A model generated the notes under the pieces. The model did no database searches, was not told the origin of the DNA, and was given only the letters and a program-made list of their open reading frames with translations. Shown here one piece after another: positions 1 to 12,969 of a stretch of DNA of 64,000 bases. The DNA is from Perna viridis (lineage: Eukaryota): NCBI GenBank assembly GCA_037379345.1, contig CM074512.1, positions 47,389,597-47,453,596 on the forward strand, read 5' to 3'. The number at the start of each line of letters is the position of its first letter. The stretch's first letter is position 1. Both the position numbers and the translations under genes were made by a program.

Positions 1-680
1 CACCATGATAAGTTACAGGTCAAGTGTAGGTTTTGTTTGCTCCGATGATTTTTACCAAAATTACGGACCTTGAACTTAGCAAAATTCACAGAATAAAAGT
101 TTTCCAGACTTTTTTTTTCTAAACGCTTGCAGATATTGACATGATTTTTCGTATATAAATTCACCATGGTAACATTTTGTTCCGCTCTGATGATTTTTAC
201 CAAACTTATGGGCCTTGAACTTAGTAAAATTCACAAAAATAACAGTTTTCCGGACTTTTTTTCTAACCACTTGCAGATATTGACATGATTTTTCATATAT
301 AAGTTCACCATGATAAGTTACAGGTCAAGTTTAGATTTTGTTCCGCTCTGATAATTTTTATCGAAATTATGTGCCTTGAACTTAGCAAATTTCACAGAAA
401 AAAGTTTCTTTTTTTTCTAAACGTTTGCAGATATTGACATGTTTTTTAGTACAGAAATTCACCATGATAAATTACAGGACAAGTTTACGTGTTGTTCCGC
501 TCTGATGATTTTTACCAAAATTATGGGCCTTGAACTTTGCTAAATTCACAGAAATAACCGTTTTTCAGACTTTTTTTCTAAACACTTGCAGATTATGACA
601 TAATTTTTGGTATATTAGTTCACCATGATAAGTTACAGGTCAAATGTACATTTTGTTCCGCTACTTTGATATTTACTTTG
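1..680. repeat. Tandem array of ~145-160 bp units (bivalve satellite/HINE internal repeat type), truncated by the window start
   Basis: CACCATG(A/G)TAA motif recurs at about 1, 162, 307, 460 and 621, with shared TTCCGCTCTGATGATTTTTACC and CTTGAACTTAG blocks. Confidence 0.85.
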
Positions 681-1222
681 GATTAACTAAAACTCAAAGA
701 AATCACAGTCTAGAGTTTGAAACTACCATTCTGAGTAATAGAATTTACTTAGGAGATAAAGGTCTAAAGCATAAAGAACACTCTTATTCCTTTTTTTATC
801 GGGTCCTTCTACATGCAATTCTCTTACAAATTTATTGAGTATCCAACATGAGGACGCCTGGGGTATGTGAACATGCTCACTAAGGTTCTTTAATGTTGAT
901 TTGTTTTTATGTTGTTCCATTTAAAACATAATAAGTTAAACAAATAGTAATTTAATTGATGTACCTATTTTGGATAAAAGCCAAAGCGTATACTGTAAAA
1001 CTACTAATTTTCATGGTATACTTATTTTCACTATTTTTGCAGTGGACAGAAAACAACGAAAAAATAGAACCCATGAAATTGATTTTTTAAACCTATACAA
1101 CGCTAATAATGTTTCATACCGCTAAATATGATACCTGTAATTATGTTCACTTGAAAATTAACATCCACAAAAGTTAATATAATTTACAGTGTTGTACTTC
1201 ATTTATGATTTGTATTATGTAG

Positions 1223-2749
1223 GAGGTAAGAGGCTACCATGAGGAGTGTAAGCAGGAAGAGTCCCGCTACCACTACCTCAACTGCATGATCAAGATGATA
1301 GAGATGCAACAACAGAAAGTTGCTGATGAAATGAAAGCTTATACTTCATCTGATCCATACACTAGGAAAAAGACTTTCAGGTTAGTAGTGGTGCACCGAT
1401 CATCTGGAACATCAAGTCGTTTGGGAAGCTTCAATTCAATGATTGATTTCAAGATATTGAGATTGATTTGATCATGTATTAAAAATATGAAGATATTGTC
1501 TTTATCCTTCTTTTTTGAAGTCATCTTTTGTCATTTCTGACCGGACTATTTATCTTTTTGTTGACAGATATTTTGTTCTATTTTAGATCATTACATTGGA
1601 CAATTATATTTGTTGTCTGTCGGGTGTGGGTGAACAGGCCTCAACTCAACATGTGGCTTTATTGATGATGATTTCACTCATTTACGTAGGATATAATAAT
1701 ATCAAAGCTAGGTCATGGTGACACTCTGGCAATATGATATTGAAGGGTCATCTTAATCAAATTCCCAAACACCTATCATCTATCATAGGTTGATGTTGAT
1801 ACAACAGTCAACAATCATCGATCCAGAAATTTTTTTTTCAATTTCCAACACTACAGGCTAGGCTTTTACACTGTTGGAAAGTAATATGAAACATACAAAA
1901 ACATTTAGCTAATTTAGTTTAGAAAATTTAGAATAACGTAGCTGTAATATGAAAACAACTTTATTTTATTTCATCACATAAGAAATGTTGCATAAGGTAT
2001 ACATTCCAAATAGTGAGAATATTTTCGCCAGGGTCTGATTTGGGATTTATATGCAAGGTTTTGGGAATCACAAAAATAGAAGCTTGTCAAATTGAAGTTC
2101 AGATATCATACATATAATTTCATTTCCATGAAATCTGAAGATTCAAAACAAAGACAGTGAAAATTTAATATCCATATTCATGGAGCAAAAGTTTGAATTT
2201 GGCACCCATGAAAATTACCAGTGATATGGTATTTCATTGGTTTGTCACTGTCAGTCTGTTCTTGTTCATATTTATGTAAATATTATTAAATTTGACCTTG
2301 TTTGACAACATCACATGTGATCTTAGTAACTCGCCACAATTTCCAATCTGAAACTGTTACACTGAAAATGGAAAAAAAAATCAGTTTTTAAGACCTTATG
2401 AAAAAATGGCAAAAAACGGTCACAACATGATTGTTCATTAATTGATGAATTTTTCTTTTTTCATGACGTATCAAAATTTCATTGCAATAACTTTAATTAC
2501 AGAGAGTTATATCAGAGAAAGGTACAAGAACAAGAAAATCTTGGTAAAGGGTTGAGAGAACAACAGAAAACTGTTCGGGAAAGTCATGGCCCTAGCATGG
2601 GTCAAATGAAAATGTGGAAAGATTTGGAACGGCTTCTAGAATGTAAACGTCAGTGTAATGAGAGGAGGGATGGCATGATGGCTCAAGGAATATCTGCTTA
2701 TGGAGAATCTGCACCAGCTGTTCTAGAAGATGATCGCTTAGTCTTGTGA
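1223..2749 (+). CDS. IFT81: Intraflagellar transport protein 81, last two coding exons (1223-1380, 2503-2749); the 5' part lies upstream of the window
   Basis: AG/GT-bounded exons join in phase 2 to give [44 protein letters not shown]...[52 protein letters not shown]...EDDRLVL*. This matches the IFT81 C-terminus (EESRYHY, RESHGP, MWxDLE, DRLxL). AATAAA at 2840. Confidence 0.93.
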
Positions 2750-4182
2750 TAAAGAACTTGAATGATAATTTGTTACTAATCTGAGATATACAATTGTTTT
2801 ATTTATTAGATGTATGAAACATTCCAATGCTATCCGTCCAATAAATGTCGTGTATTTAATTAGTTCTACAGTTATTTACTACTGAGGTTGTTGAATAATG
2901 ATCTTGCCAATCCACAAGGATAGAATAATTTGTATTACAAGATTACTGTTTTAAATACACTTTTGTATTTTTTTTTAATTTATTGAAACTTATAATAGTG
3001 TAGTCAAAGAAGAATATGTTCTTACATTATTTCAAAATGGAGACTGTAGAGTCTTCAATATATTTTTCTAAGTGTATTACAGCAGAATGAGGTCAAAGAT
3101 GACAATTTTATATCATGAATTAAGTTTTCCAGTGAAGTACACATTCAGCTCATTTTGTTATATCCCTTTTTAGCTATTGTCATCACTTGGCATCCTTCTT
3201 CATCTGTCGTCTGTTGACAATTTTTCAAAAATCTCCTCAGTAACTACCGGGCAGAATTCCATGAAACTTCATATGATTCTTTCTGAGGGTTTTCTGCACA
3301 AAATCTAAGCTTGGATTTTTGACTATTGGAGAAACATGGCTGCCGTTACTAATGACAGAACATAGTGTTCACACAGCAGTTTATGCATGTATCATCTAAA
3401 TTGTTAGGTGAAGCTAAATGCTGATGTTGGTGAAAGTGTTATGATCAAATCTGTCTGTGTAAAATTTTAGTGAAAATCTGTTAACTCATATTGTAGTTAT
3501 TGCCCTTATTGGATGTTTCTTTATAATCCCTCTCTACTAGCAACCATTTTGTATATCCGTTGCACTTTCCTGTAACAGATATCTCTGCTTCTATTGGCAG
3601 GAATGCTTAGATATTGTGTTAATTGCTTTTACCGTGACTCGTCTTTTCAGGTACATTGCTTATCCACTCCCTGTTTACTGATCTACCTTGATGTTTTTAT
3701 GGTGTGTACTTTAATTGAAACTTCGTAAAAGATTCCTTACCTTCTATTGGAGATATTAGTTGTATTGATTTGTATGATGGTTTGCACCATGTTTCCCATC
3801 TTAGGTTTGACTGAAATGGTTGAGTGGGGGTGTTCTTATCAGAACGTAGCATGCAACATCTTGTTTGTTGCTATTTTTGATGTACATTTGAATTTTCAAA
3901 ATCTTTGAAGCTAATGGACATAATGCTATGAAAATTTGAATGATTGTTCATTTCCAGCAGAAAGTTAATGCTTTCAATTTTTATGGTAATACAAAAAAAA
4001 ATAAATAAAAAACAAAAAATAAAAAATAAAAATAAAATCTAAAAAAATGAATGTAGCTTATCAAGCCAGTTGAAGGTTTTTTGGCCCATTAGAGCCTTTA
4101 TTTTCAATTTTTGAACAGTTCATAATGTATTTACTACCAAGGATCTTCTTTGCAGCGGCCAAGTCTTTAGTTAAGGTATAAC

Positions 4183-4775
4183 TTTTAGCTTACCAAGTCA
4201 AAGACCATATGAGTAATGGTATTAATTGGGGTCCCTCGCCCGTCTTCATCTGTCCTCTGCTGCGTTAACTTTTGAAAAAATATTCTCCTCTGAAACAGTG
4301 GAGCAATATCAAATTTGGTCACCAGCATTCTTTAGGAATCTGATTAAAGAAAGTGTTAATTTTATAGATCAACCATTAAAAATGCCTGCTATTGCTATTT
4401 TTAGAGAGCTCTACAAATGTATCAATTGAGTTGAAGTTGTAGGATGACTCCTTCGTAGAGTAATTGCTACTGAAAGGTGAAAAAGCCTGTTTTTTTTTTG
4501 TTGTTTTTTTTTTCAGTTTTAACCAATATTGTGGAAACCATAATAGAACTTCATGTTTATTTATGAAATGATCTTTATGATAAGGCCCACAGAAGTCTCT
4601 TGACTTGGAGTTACTAAAAAAGGATGACCTCCTGATATAGTTCTTTCTAAAAAGGCTAAAAAATGACTTTTTTCACAGTTTTCAGCCAATATCTTGAAAA
4701 CCATAATAGATGAAAACAAATTCCAAATTGATGAAATGACCTCAACGATAAAGCATTTATAAGTAGCCTCTTGTA
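4183..4775 (+). mobile_element. Non-autonomous Helentron-associated (HINE/pearl-like) element, degenerate
   Basis: Begins TTTTAGCT, has a GTC-rich stretch and internal repeats shared with 5278-6145 and 20075-21765, and ends GCCTCTTGT. Confidence 0.55.
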
Positions 4776-5277
4776 TTGTTATTCCCTACTGTGATTAACA
4801 GGATTGGCAGTTTGTGTAGAAACTAATTTATATCTTACTTTTAGCTCCGCTTGACCAAATCATTAGATGATGCAGTGGTAAGCCTTATGTTTGACAAGTT
4901 TGGTTGATTTTATAGAAAAAAAATGAAAATCACTGGATCCAGGGGACAGTCTCCCGTTCATTTCTTTTGTTAATTTCATGCGCAATTTGAAAAAAAGGAG
5001 CAAATAATATCTTGAACTTCTCTTTTTTAATGTCTTTCGATCTGCCTTTGCTACACAAGTCATCATTTGAAAACATTGACAATAATGGATATGAAAGGGG
5101 AATTTTTCTTAACAATTTCAAATCTTGACAAAACCTCTTACAAACATGCATACGTTAGTTTTAAAACTAAACATTACCATAAAAACATGTGCTTTAATTC
5201 AGTCTTTTCAGACTGGTTCAAACATAAGCCCAATACTAATATATAGTGGACTCTACTTTAAGTTTCTTCTTGTGTCC

Positions 5278-6145
5278 TTTTTAGCTCACCTGCCATCACT
5301 TGGCGTCCATCGTCGTCATTAACAATTATACAAAACTCTTCTCCTCTGAAACTACATGACTAATTAGAATCAAATTTGGTATGAATGTTCCTTGGGGTAT
5401 CCTGCATAGAACTGTTGTGGGGATTTTTGATTCGTAGAAAAACATGGCCGCCGTTACTAAAAATAGAACATAGGGGTCAGACTGTAGTTTTTCGCATATA
5501 TCTTCTAAACCGTTAGATTTAGCTGAATTCTGACTAAGTAAAAGTGTTCAGTATGATGAGATCTATATCTGGTCAAATTTTGGTTTTAATCCGTTAAGCC
5601 ATGTTGTAGTTATTGCCCTTTTTCAACGATTTTTGCTATTTTTAATGTTATTTCTTTCCAAAATCTTCTCCTCTGATACTACTTGACCAATTGAAACCAA
5701 ACTTGGTATGAATGTTCCTTGGGATATCCTGCATAGAACTGATGTGGGGATATTTGATTCGTCAAAAAACATGGCCGCCGTCACTAAAAATAGAACATAG
5801 GGGTCAGACAGTAGTTTTTCGCATATATCTCCTAAACTGTTAGGTTTATCCAAATTCTTTCAATAGCTGAAATGATCCGTATTATTAGGACTACAAAAGT
5901 TTTCAGACACCTTGTAAGAGTTATTGCCCTTGAAAGGAGGAAAATGACTTTTTTTAAATAGTTTTCATTCAATATCTTGAAAACTACGACAGATTAAAAG
6001 AAACTTTCAATTGTTGAAAAGATCTTGTGATAGTCCTACCAAAGACTTCTTTAGTCAAAATTGTCGGACAACTTCTTGTTTAATTTATTGCCTTTGAAAG
6101 GCAAAATTCAAGGTGAGCAAATCAGGCTCCAGGGAGCCTCTTGTT
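5278..6145 (+). mobile_element. Non-autonomous Helentron-associated (HINE) element
   Basis: 5' TTTTAGCTCACCTG and 3' AGGTGAGC subterminal inverted repeats; terminal palindrome GGCTCCAGGGAGCC followed by TCTTGTT; internal ~330-bp direct repeat (about 5340 vs 5670). Confidence 0.8.
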
Positions 6146-6399
6146 TGTTATTAATTTTTGTGATTTGATTTCGATTGGGAGGGGTTTGCGAATTGCTCGG
6201 AGCAAAAGTTTTAGTCCTGGATGATTTAACATACATTGTCGTCCTCCCTTTTTATTTCAAATTTGATTATACCCCCCCCCCCCCATAATTGCCCCCTGAT
6301 GATGTTTTGTGTGTTTTCATGGTCTATTCTTAGTCCCCGGATGAATATCCTATTTCTGGTTCTAACCATAATCTCATTGCTTTCACGTTCTAAATAAGA

Positions 6400-9300
6400 A
6401 TGATTCATAGCCAAAGTACTAAGTAAGGGAAATGTTTGTGGTGTATTCTACTCGGTCTAAATATAGCCCCGCCAGGTAAATTTTCTATAGCTTGCATGAC
6501 AATTTTTTCGCTTGCTCATTTACTTTGCCAATATCCACCCTCAACAAGACATGGTTCATCAAAGAAATCACGTTCAAAGCAAACTCGATGTTGAGGATCG
6601 CTTTCCTTTGGCTCCGGTGGAAACAAAAATACACTCCACGATGGCGTTTGGAAAATGTACTTCTCTACACCTGTCATTCCAAATTTGATGAACTGTTTTG
6701 TGCTTTCTACGTTTGCAATCCTATGATCTTCAATGTTGAAATTCACCATTGCGGCATTCATAAATACGGCATCAAAAGCATTGCATAATGCATTGTAGAT
6801 GTCTGGGGCAATTCCTGCTCTGTCCTGTGACAAATCCGAGATTACCACGTTGACTCTTGTCGAATAATTGCATTTCCATAGATTGTATCGCCTCATGTTT
6901 TCTTTGATTCGCCCAAGACCATTCGCCTCCGTTATCTCTCGGACCATGCAATAAAGGCGTGCATTTGTTTGCTCAAGTAGCTCAGACAATAAATATGCTC
7001 CAAAGAAACCAGTGACCCCAGATATCAAAACGTTTTTGGGATACTTATGGTTGCTATTAGCAGTACACGAAGAAAGGTAATGACATTGGGTTGTTCTTCG
7101 TGTTTCATGCTTTAAATATAAAACTGAGTCTAATTTTGCATCCTTAAGAATCAATTCTCGTAGGTCGTGTTTTTCCTTTGTAGTGCATTGAGACGTTTTC
7201 CTAAAGATATCCTTTTTGTGTTTTATGACTTCAGCAAATTCGTCGATTGTATCTGCTCTGTCCAAGTCTGTGAACGAAATTTGTACGAGTAAATTTTCTT
7301 TAAGTAGTCGTTGAAGGAGTACTAAATGTAACGAATTTTCTCCTAGCTCGGTGAATGAGCTCTGTCGATGAAGAGTGTAAGCAAATGATTCTCCAAATTG
7401 CAGAAGACTACACCACATCTTGGCGATTGACAGCTGAATTTCATTGAGATAACTAGCTCTTACGTACTGCTGTTCATGTACCGACTCATCTTTTTCTAGT
7501 AGTTTTCTATCAATTTTTCCGTTGATTGTCATAGGATAGTCCGTTATCTCGATTTCTTGATGTATGTCGGTATCATGTAATTTGGTACGACTTTCACGAG
7601 ATATTCTCTCAGTTCACTCAGTGAAAACGAATGAAGACGAAACATATGCTGCGATGCTCAGTTCTTTAAGCTTCTGGCATCTATGTACAACTACTACAGC
7701 CATGTCGATTTTAGGATGCTTAAGAAGAACGTATTCAAGTTCAATCTGGTTGACCCTTTGACCTCTTATCTTAATCATATCATCTAATTGTCCAATATAT
7801 GTCAAAGTACCATCCTCATCCTGAAACGCATGATCTCCTGTCTTGTATAAAAGCATGTCACCAGTTAACGATTTCTTGACGAATTTTTCATCGTTGTAAT
7901 GACTTGCGTGTCCAATATAACCTTTAGACAGTCCTCAACCTCCTACATATATCTCACCAACGACACCAGGAGGAACCGGTTGATGAAAGTCGTCAAATAG
8001 GTGAACATTTGTACCTGGTATAGCTTTTCCGATAGGGATATATCTATTCACATCTTCGTGATATAAGCGCTTTGTGAACTCGTAGCTTGTAACACGAACT
8101 GTCGTTTCTGTGGGACCATACGCATTAAAGAATTTGATTTTCCTATTTGTTGACGTCCATTTAACAGCAGTGTTAAGCGTGCAAGGCTCTCCAGCTGTAA
8201 TTACTTTCTCTACGTAAGGCAGGTCAGTCGGTTTGTAAACGTTTATTGCTGAAGGTGGCAAAGTAATTACATTTACGTTGAGCCTTTTCATGGACACTAG
8301 AAATTCTTGGCCAAGTCGCTCGTGTTCACGTAGAACAGCTAATGTTGCCCCAGACAAAAGAGCTGTAAATATTTCAGATATGGTTGCATCAAATCCAATT
8401 GAAGCAAACTGTGCTATGATATCATTTTCTTGTAAATTCCAAAGTTTAATCTGTGCCTTTGCGAGATTGACAATGCTTGATTTAGTAACCTGTACTCCTT
8501 TTGGTCTGCTTGTTGATCCTGACGTATATATGATGTAACCAATGTCATCGTCTAAAAGCGTCATAGAGGCCCGATCTTTCGTATTACACGGTGATTGGTA
8601 ACTGGTTTCTTGTTCGAATTTTACCATTATCAATTTTTCTTCTCCAACCAAACCGACTAGCGTTTTAGTGTTTTTCATTTTAGAAAAATCTGTCGTATCA
8701 TATTTTTCTTCAGTTGTTAACAGAATGGTTATCTCGGCATCTATCATTGTGAATTCTAATCTTTCCAGTGGGTAGTCAAATGGCAGTGGTAAATATGTTT
8801 TGTTGGAATGTATTGACGTTAGTACAGAAATAACAGGCCAAAGAATTTGGTAAATGTAATGCAATAACTTTATTTCTGGTTCAGTGACAGAGCAAGATTC
8901 TTAATCGCAGCATAGCATTCTTCGTAGGTCATGTCACATTTACTAGAAGTAACTGCTTTGTTGTTAGGTGTAGCCTTGCACTGATTTTCAAAGACTGTAA
9001 ATAGTGGAACATGTTGAAAATCGCTGTAGTTTGAAATTCGATAAAGTTTTTGCAGTTCATCTTGTGTAACCATTGACACTGACAGAAGGAGAATGTTGCA
9101 CTCTTGGAGGACAATTTTTCCATATTCGCTTACTAATGCGCTATCATTTAAACATCCCAGGACGATGTTATGGTGTGGTACTTTTTTTTTCTGATTCCGA
9201 GTTCTGGGTATCGATAGAACATATCGATTAGGAAAGATTTGGATGAATAATGCTTCTTCAGTGATTCATAACATAAATTCAGAATTGAAGAAAGTTCATC

Positions 9301-9602
9301 TCGGATGTTGATTTTGAATAATCCTGTACCAATACCAGGGTACGGGGATAGTGTTTCGTTTGGTATCTCATTTTCATCCGCCAGGATACCTACACAAACG
9401 GTCTTCACACAGCAGATGCGCGCCATGAACGCAAGGAATGCTGCTGATAAAAAAATCTTCATACTGTTAAATTCTACCGAAAGAGGGATTGGTGGAAATG
9501 AAAGTGCTGCTTTTTGAGGTTTACCTCAGTTGATACGTCTATAATTCCCTCTACGCCATTCATGCGTTGCCGGAGGAATGTTGTGGGCTCATAAGACGCC
9601 AT
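6400..9602 (-). pseudogene. Intronless NRPS-like reductase (partial C-like region / adenylation / PCP / terminal NAD(P)H reductase), copy 1, disrupted
   Basis: A-domain motifs YTSGSTSRPKG, FDATISEIF, NAYGPTETT, GEIYVGG*GLSKGY, YKTGD, DDMIKIRGQRV and NGKIDRK; PCP FTELGENSL; reductase GVTGFFGAYLL, YCMVR and GYWQSK (YxxxK). ORFs 8864-7935, 7856-7614 and 7532-6516 share one frame split by TGA stops, with more frameshifts and stops between 9602 and 8864. Putative ATG at 9602 (MASYEPTTF). Confidence 0.9.
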
Positions 9603-10496
9603 TTTGTTTCTCCAATATTGTCCCCTTTTCCCTTACTTAAGCTTAACTCACAATGTTAAATTCGACACACCTGTGTACATTCAATGATCTTTGTAAATGT
9701 TCGGAACTGGACGTACACCATCAATATTTGCGAACGTCACAAGAAGAGATACACTTGCAGTGATAAATATTAAAGTGTCATCTACAATATGGCGTCTGAT
9801 GTCTTGCAGCGTTCATTGATGTATAAGAAGCTTTGGCATTGATTAAAATGAAAAGGATTCAGCACAAATAATATGTTTTAGGCATGCAATAGAGTCCTCG
9901 AAATCCTTCGTTCTTGCTATGGTAAATCGCTGACTTATCCTGCAGTCTAGCGCTGTGGTGGTATCGTGGCTTTATCCTTAATTGATAATCAAATAATAAC
10001 GATCATTTTCGGTTACGTCATAATGTCGATTACTCCGAGATCGTGTGACATCTTTTTTTACAAAAAGGCAGTTTTTCATCCTGAAGAAACATTTTGCAAA
10101 TATGAAGTTCTCAACATGAGATTTAATCAGGTAAATAAAACAAAGAGAGAGAAAAGTTAAAAAGATGCCCAATTCTTGAATCCTTATATTCCTTCATTTA
10201 ACAATTTGTTAGTTCCTCGATGTTTCCTCACTGGTGTTTTGATTAAATTATAAGAGTAATAACTATGAATTATGATGAATGTAGCCCAAGTCTATACGGT
10301 TACGTAATCATGTAAATGTATGAAAGAGTTTTTTTGATGGGAAAAACTATTATGAAATATTGAACGTATAATTAATTTTAATGTATCAAAATAAATGCCA
10401 GTGTACAAACAATCATTCAAATCCTATAACAAAGGTTAAAAACACAAAAGAAAAAAGGCTTATGATGGTAAATTTTCTTTGTATATGTATTTTAGA

Positions 10497-11600
10497 TGTC
10501 CCCTGGAAATCGAAGCGAAAAACTACGCCAGTATAGCCTGACTCTAATGGCTTATGCTTGCCTTGCTACAAAATAGAAAACCTTGTATATTCTGAAAGCT
10601 GCAGTTGAATATAATGTACATTATAGAAGTCTTAGAGATTGCGTTTCTGGTAAAGTGGACTCTGAATGCACTAGTATGGGCAGATTTAGTTTCGGACAGG
10701 AAACAAACTTGGGAACACATCTGAAGGAAATGGCATTTATTGTGTATTGGTATACCCGACAGGAATTAGTGAATAATGCAATTTATTTTGCAGGTAGTTT
10801 AAAAAAATCCCGTTCAGTCTTCGATGGTTTTAATCTTTTTTTTTTATAACGATGGCGAAACCACGTACTTTAGAGATTACCAGGACTAAAGTGGGAAAGT
10901 TCAACAATGCCATGATAAAGTATGATATGTTGAATAAGCCACATTATATAAACAAAAAGGGAATTCAAATGAATCACAACCTACCTAATGTTGTGGCTGG
11001 TGCCAACTTTCATCCACATGGAATTACTAGCGGAAAATCTAGTATATGGAAATACAGCAGGAAGCTCCATTCCTCCTTACAATGTTTTCCTTGTCTTAAA
11101 GTGCAGTCTTAGTGGATGGAGGGTTGTTCATTAGGAGCTAAATGAACACTTCCATTGGTACCAAGAAATAATGACAAAGTCCTCTTAAACTTGATGGTCA
11201 CAAATTTGACTGGACAATCGAAAACAGCATCATTCTTCACATTTTACCAGCACACACTTTTCACTTTCTTCATCTAATGGATGTATCTATACATATGCCC
11301 CGTTCTTAAAGATGTGCAGAGATCTTTGGTCCTCTGCCACTGTCATTTGCAAAGATGAGGTTTGTCAGATAGCTTGCTTCGCTTACAATAAGTACTTTTC
11401 ACCAGAAAAATTACATTCCGCCTTTAGGAAGGCTGGTTTATACCCGTTTAAGAGATGTTTTTGACTCTCGTGTATTTGCTCCTTCAGAAGTGTTCCTCTG
11501 TAATTGTGAGTCAAGCTATGCTAACAAAGATGCAACTGTTGAAGGAAATCGGAGTGTATCTGTAGACGATTATGATGATGAGGCCATTCTATTTTTGATA
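10497..11600 (+). mobile_element. Decayed pogo/Tigger-like (Tc1/mariner superfamily) transposase
   Basis: Fragments resemble psq-type HTH (RQYS...KAAVEYNV..SLRD.VSGK), CENP-B-type HTH (HLKEMA...YTRQE) and DDE_1 (LDGH...LPAHT.H.L..MDV) regions; many stops and frameshifts. Confidence 0.75.
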
Positions 11601-12613
11601 GTATAATGCAGAATGTAAATTAAAGACTGAAGTCTTCGAAGTCGCTAATCGTCAAATATTCACTCACTGTCATTGGTTTTGGCTTACATTCAACATCCGT
11701 GATGGTACAAATGCGATATGCTCTAAAATCGAGTGACCCGCAAAAATCTTGCATGGTTCCCTTGATTTTCTTAACAGTTATGACAAGAATATTTTCAAAC
11801 ATCCGGAACAAAATTAAACAATTGGCAATAGATATATAGATACAGTTGTCCTGATAAGATATATGACCCTTATATAATCAATTGTAACGAACGCCTGTGT
11901 TTGAATTGGAAATTCAATGCTAACCGATTATTTTATCTTCGAATGCGAACTTCCCGTTCTAATACAAGCAAAAATACGCAAAAAACATGTGTATGATATG
12001 TTTTAGAGATCTTTGGGTCGCTTATGATATTGACCAGGGAACCAGTACATGGACAAGATTAAGCAGCTGGCAATGAATATTCATAGATATAGGAGTGTGC
12101 TAATGTATATGACCTATATAGTCTTGTAACGAGTCTCAGCGGATAATGTTTAAACCTAACCGATCATTTCATGACGTAAACTTCCCGCTCTCGTACAAGC
12201 AAGAAACACACGTAGAACATGCGTGTATGATACTTAAGAGGTACATTTTTATCTCGTATGAAGATAGAACTATGACGCTGTAGTGGTAAACACGGCGAGG
12301 ATCTGCAGCATTATGTGGAGTATAACTACATATTTATGCAAATCATATGCGAATATTAAGTACTGAAACTACGAGTTCAAGAAGTCGATAACAATATTAG
12401 CGACTTAAAAAACGCTTAAGAGTGAGCGGCCAAAAGAAAGGAATTCTTGGTTAAAGTGGTAAGTGGAAAGGGGATTACAGAGATAGAAGTGGCTAAGAAA
12501 ATTAAAAAGCATTGTACTCACCATGGTAAAAGAAAGTCACCGGTTAAGAATGAGATTGGTGTTCCCTGAACCAAAAAAAAGAAAGTCATTGAAATATACT
12601 TGTTTTGAATGTC

Positions 12614-12780
12614 CAGGGTTGGGGCTGATCACTTTCAAATGTAATCGATTACACCAGGATTACATGGGGTAAAAATGTAATCGATTACATTATTACTCAT
12701 GATTTCAAATGAAATTGATTACATATGATTAATTTTGTCAAAGTAGTTATGATTACATATGATTACTTAAGATATTTCCA
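12614..12780. mobile_element. One end of a hAT-like MITE
   Basis: CAGGGTTGGGG start followed by repeated GTAATCGATTAC palindromes; partner end not found. Confidence 0.4.
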
Positions 12781-12969
12781 CAAATGAATAACAGAATATA
12801 AATTTATTTTCTTGGCATATATAAATTAATGACTAAATGATTTATATAATTTTGAAGCAGAAGAGATCATTCATGTATTATATAATTAATTTCGAAGCTG
12901 TGGTAAACAAGATTTTTGAATAATGTCAATTGACATTTTTATTTTACTCTTATTACATAGCAAATTAAC

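Noticed and set aside
4863-5151. Minus-strand ORFs as the missing end of the NRPS reductase domain
   Set aside because: No SDR C-terminal similarity could be recognised, and the segment is absent from copy 2.
7614-7937. In-frame TGA codons as selenocysteine or programmed readthrough
   Set aside because: Copy 2 has TTA at the 7935 site, the 7614 stop arises from a local frameshift pair, and other disabling lesions coexist.
6400-9602. NRPS as a bacterial contaminant, or as Ebony, AASDH or Lys2
   Set aside because: It is AT-rich, decayed, duplicated together with host repeats and interleaved with host TEs. The terminal reductase excludes Ebony and AASDH, and the aromatic-type code argues against Lys2.
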